A DNA stretch of 6,631 nt, taken from the IMG/VR virus record IMGVR_UViG_2695420412_000003, positions 1 through 6,631 of that record, one strand, 5' to 3'. The position numbers and the translations under genes are program-made. Every line of letters starts with the position of its first letter. Position 1 is the first letter of the stretch. Positions 5,326 through 6,631 of the stretch are shown in pieces. The notes beneath the pieces were generated by a model, which was not told the DNA's origin, made no database searches, and saw only the letters and a list, made by a program, of their open reading frames with translations. Origin of the DNA: a virus (lineage: Duplodnaviria; Heunggongvirae; Uroviricota; Caudoviricetes).

Positions 5326-6225
5326 ATGACAAATACAGCAAAAATACTCAACTTCTGCAGAGGTAACTTTGCCAAACAGGAGCGTAATGTGGCAGATCTC
5401 GATGATGGTTACGCCAGACTATCAAATATGCTGCTTGAGGCTTATTCAGGCGCAGATCTGACCAAGCGACAGTTTAAAGTGCTGCTTGCCATTCTGCGTA
5501 AAACCTATGGGTGGAATAAACCAATGGACAGAATCACCGATTCTCAACTTAGCGAGATTACAAAGTTACCTGTCAAACGGTGCAATGAAGCCAAGTTAGA
5601 ACTCGTCAGAATGAATATTATCAAGCAGCAAGGCGGCATGTTTGGACCAAATAAAAACATCTCAGAATGGTGTATCCCTCAAAACGAGGGAAAATCCCCT
5701 AAAACGAGGGATAAAACATCCCTCAAATTGGGGGATTGCTATCCCTCAAAACAGGGGGACACAAAAGACACTATTACAAAAGAAAAAAGAAAAGATTATT
5801 CGTCAGAGAATTCTGGCGAATCCTCTGACCAGCCAGAAAACGATCTTTCTGTGGTTAAACCGGATGCTGCAATTCAGAGCGGCAGCAAGTGGGGAACAGC
5901 AGAAGACCTGACCGCCGCAGAGTGGATGTTTGACATGGTGAAGACCATCGCGCCATCAGCCAGAAAACCGAATTTTGCTGGGTGGGCTAACGATATCCGC
6001 CTGATGCGTGAACGTGACGGACGTAACCACCGCGATATGTGTGTGCTTTTCCGCTGGGCCTGCCAGGACAACTTCTGGTCCGGTAACGTGCTGAGTCCGG
6101 CCAAACTCCGCGACAAGTGGACTCAGCTCGAAATCAACCGTAACAAGCAACAGGCAGTCGTGACAGCCAGCAAACCAAAACTCGACCTGACAAACACAGA
6201 CTGGATTTACGGGGTGGATCTATGA
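5326..6225 (+). CDS. O: Replication initiator protein O (299 aa)
   Basis: The 299-aa product MTNTAKILNF...WIYGVDL matches lambda O from memory, with at most a few substitutions. It contains the origin iterons and its stop overlaps the P start (ATGA at 6222-6225). Confidence 0.95.
   Translation: MTNTAKILNFCRGNFAKQERNVADLDDGYARLSNMLLEAYSGADLTKRQFKVLLAILRKTYGWNKPMDRITDSQLSEITKLPVKRCNEAKLELVRMNIIKQQGGMFGPNKNISEWCIPQNEGKSPKTRDKTSLKLGDCYPSKQGDTKDTITKEKRKDYSSENSGESSDQPENDLSVVKPDAAIQSGSKWGTAEDLTAAEWMFDMVKTIAPSARKPNFAGWANDIRLMRERDGRNHRDMCVLFRWACQDNFWSGNVLSPAKLRDKWTQLEINRNKQQAVVTASKPKLDLTNTDWIYGVDL
5674..5800. repeat. Lambda-type replication origin inside O: four ~18-19 bp iterons plus an adjacent AT-rich unwinding region
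   Basis: Iterons atccctcaaaacgaggga (5674-5691), atcccctaaaacgagggat (5694-5712), atccctcaaattgggggat (5718-5736) and atccctcaaaacagggggac (5741-5760), each an imperfect inverted repeat. They are followed by the A-rich tract acaaaagacactattacaaaagaaaaaagaaaag (5761-5794). Confidence 0.85.
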
Positions 6226-6631
6226 AAAACATCGCCGCACAGATGGTTAACTTTGACCGTGAGCAGATGCGTCGGATCGCCAACAACATGCCGGAACAGT
6301 ACGACGAAAAGCCGCAGGTACAGCAGGTAGCGCAGATCATCAACGGTGTGTTCAGCCAGTTACTGGCAACTTTCCCGGCGAGCCTGGCTAACCGTGACCA
6401 GAACGAACTGAACGAAATCCGCCGCCAGTGGGTTCTGGCTTTCCGGGAAAACGGGATCACCACAATGGAACAGGTTAACGCAGGAATGCGCGTAGCCCGT
6501 CGGCAGAATCGACCATTTCTGCCATCACCCGGGCAGTTTGTTGCATGGTGCCGGGAAGAAGCATCCGTTATCGCCGGACTGCCAAACGTCAGCGAGCTGG
6601 TTGATATGGTTTACGAGTATTGCCGGAAGCG
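6222..6631 (+). CDS. P: Replication protein P (DnaB helicase loader), N-terminal ~136 codons; continues beyond the window's right edge
   Basis: The ATG at 6222-6224 overlaps the O stop. Translation MKNIAAQMVNFDREQMRRIANNMPEQYDEKPQVQQVAQIINGVFSQLLATFPASLANRDQNELNEIRRQW... matches lambda P from memory and is open to the window end. Confidence 0.95.
   Translation, partial: MKNIAAQMVNFDREQMRRIANNMPEQYDEKPQVQQVAQIINGVFSQLLATFPASLANRDQNELNEIRRQWVLAFRENGITTMEQVNAGMRVARRQNRPFLPSPGQFVAWCREEASVIAGLPNVSELVDMVYEYCRK

Noticed and set aside
5674-5760. Tandem ~19-bp repeats as a possible CRISPR array
   Set aside because: The repeats are contiguous, imperfect, internally palindromic, and lie inside the O reading frame followed by an AT-rich tract. 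This is the classic lambda-type origin iteron structure.
5642-6463. ORFs 5642..5911 (plus), 5874..6116, 5956..6150 and 6134..6463 (minus)
   Set aside because: They are alternative frames or antisense within the O and P genes, which match lambda.

Overview
This window is the early-control region of a lambda-like (lambdoid) prophage or phage, readable gene by gene. Identifications rest on my recollection of phage lambda protein sequences; no database search was possible. Leftward (minus strand): bet (5' part, runs off the window), gam, kil, cIII, an intrinsic terminator, an unrecognised 156-aa gene, an N-family antiterminator, nutL, a candidate pL/oL region, an intrinsic terminator, two unrecognised translationally coupled genes (250 aa and 185 aa) in the position lambda uses for rexA/rexB, and a cI repressor. 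Rightward (plus strand): oR, cro, nutR, cII (with a pRE-like promoter and the OOP antisense RNA), O containing the ori iterons, and the start of P. The recombination and replication modules are essentially lambda. The immunity core is heterologous: the N-terminal DNA-binding domain of cI, cro, the N-terminal part of cII, and N differ from lambda, with junctions inside cI and cII. The main discovery candidate is the AT-rich two-gene operon at 2525..3831, which I propose as a prophage-encoded exclusion/defence cassette of unknown mechanism. A second AT-rich orphan gene (1287..1757) sits where lambda carries ral/sieB/ea10.
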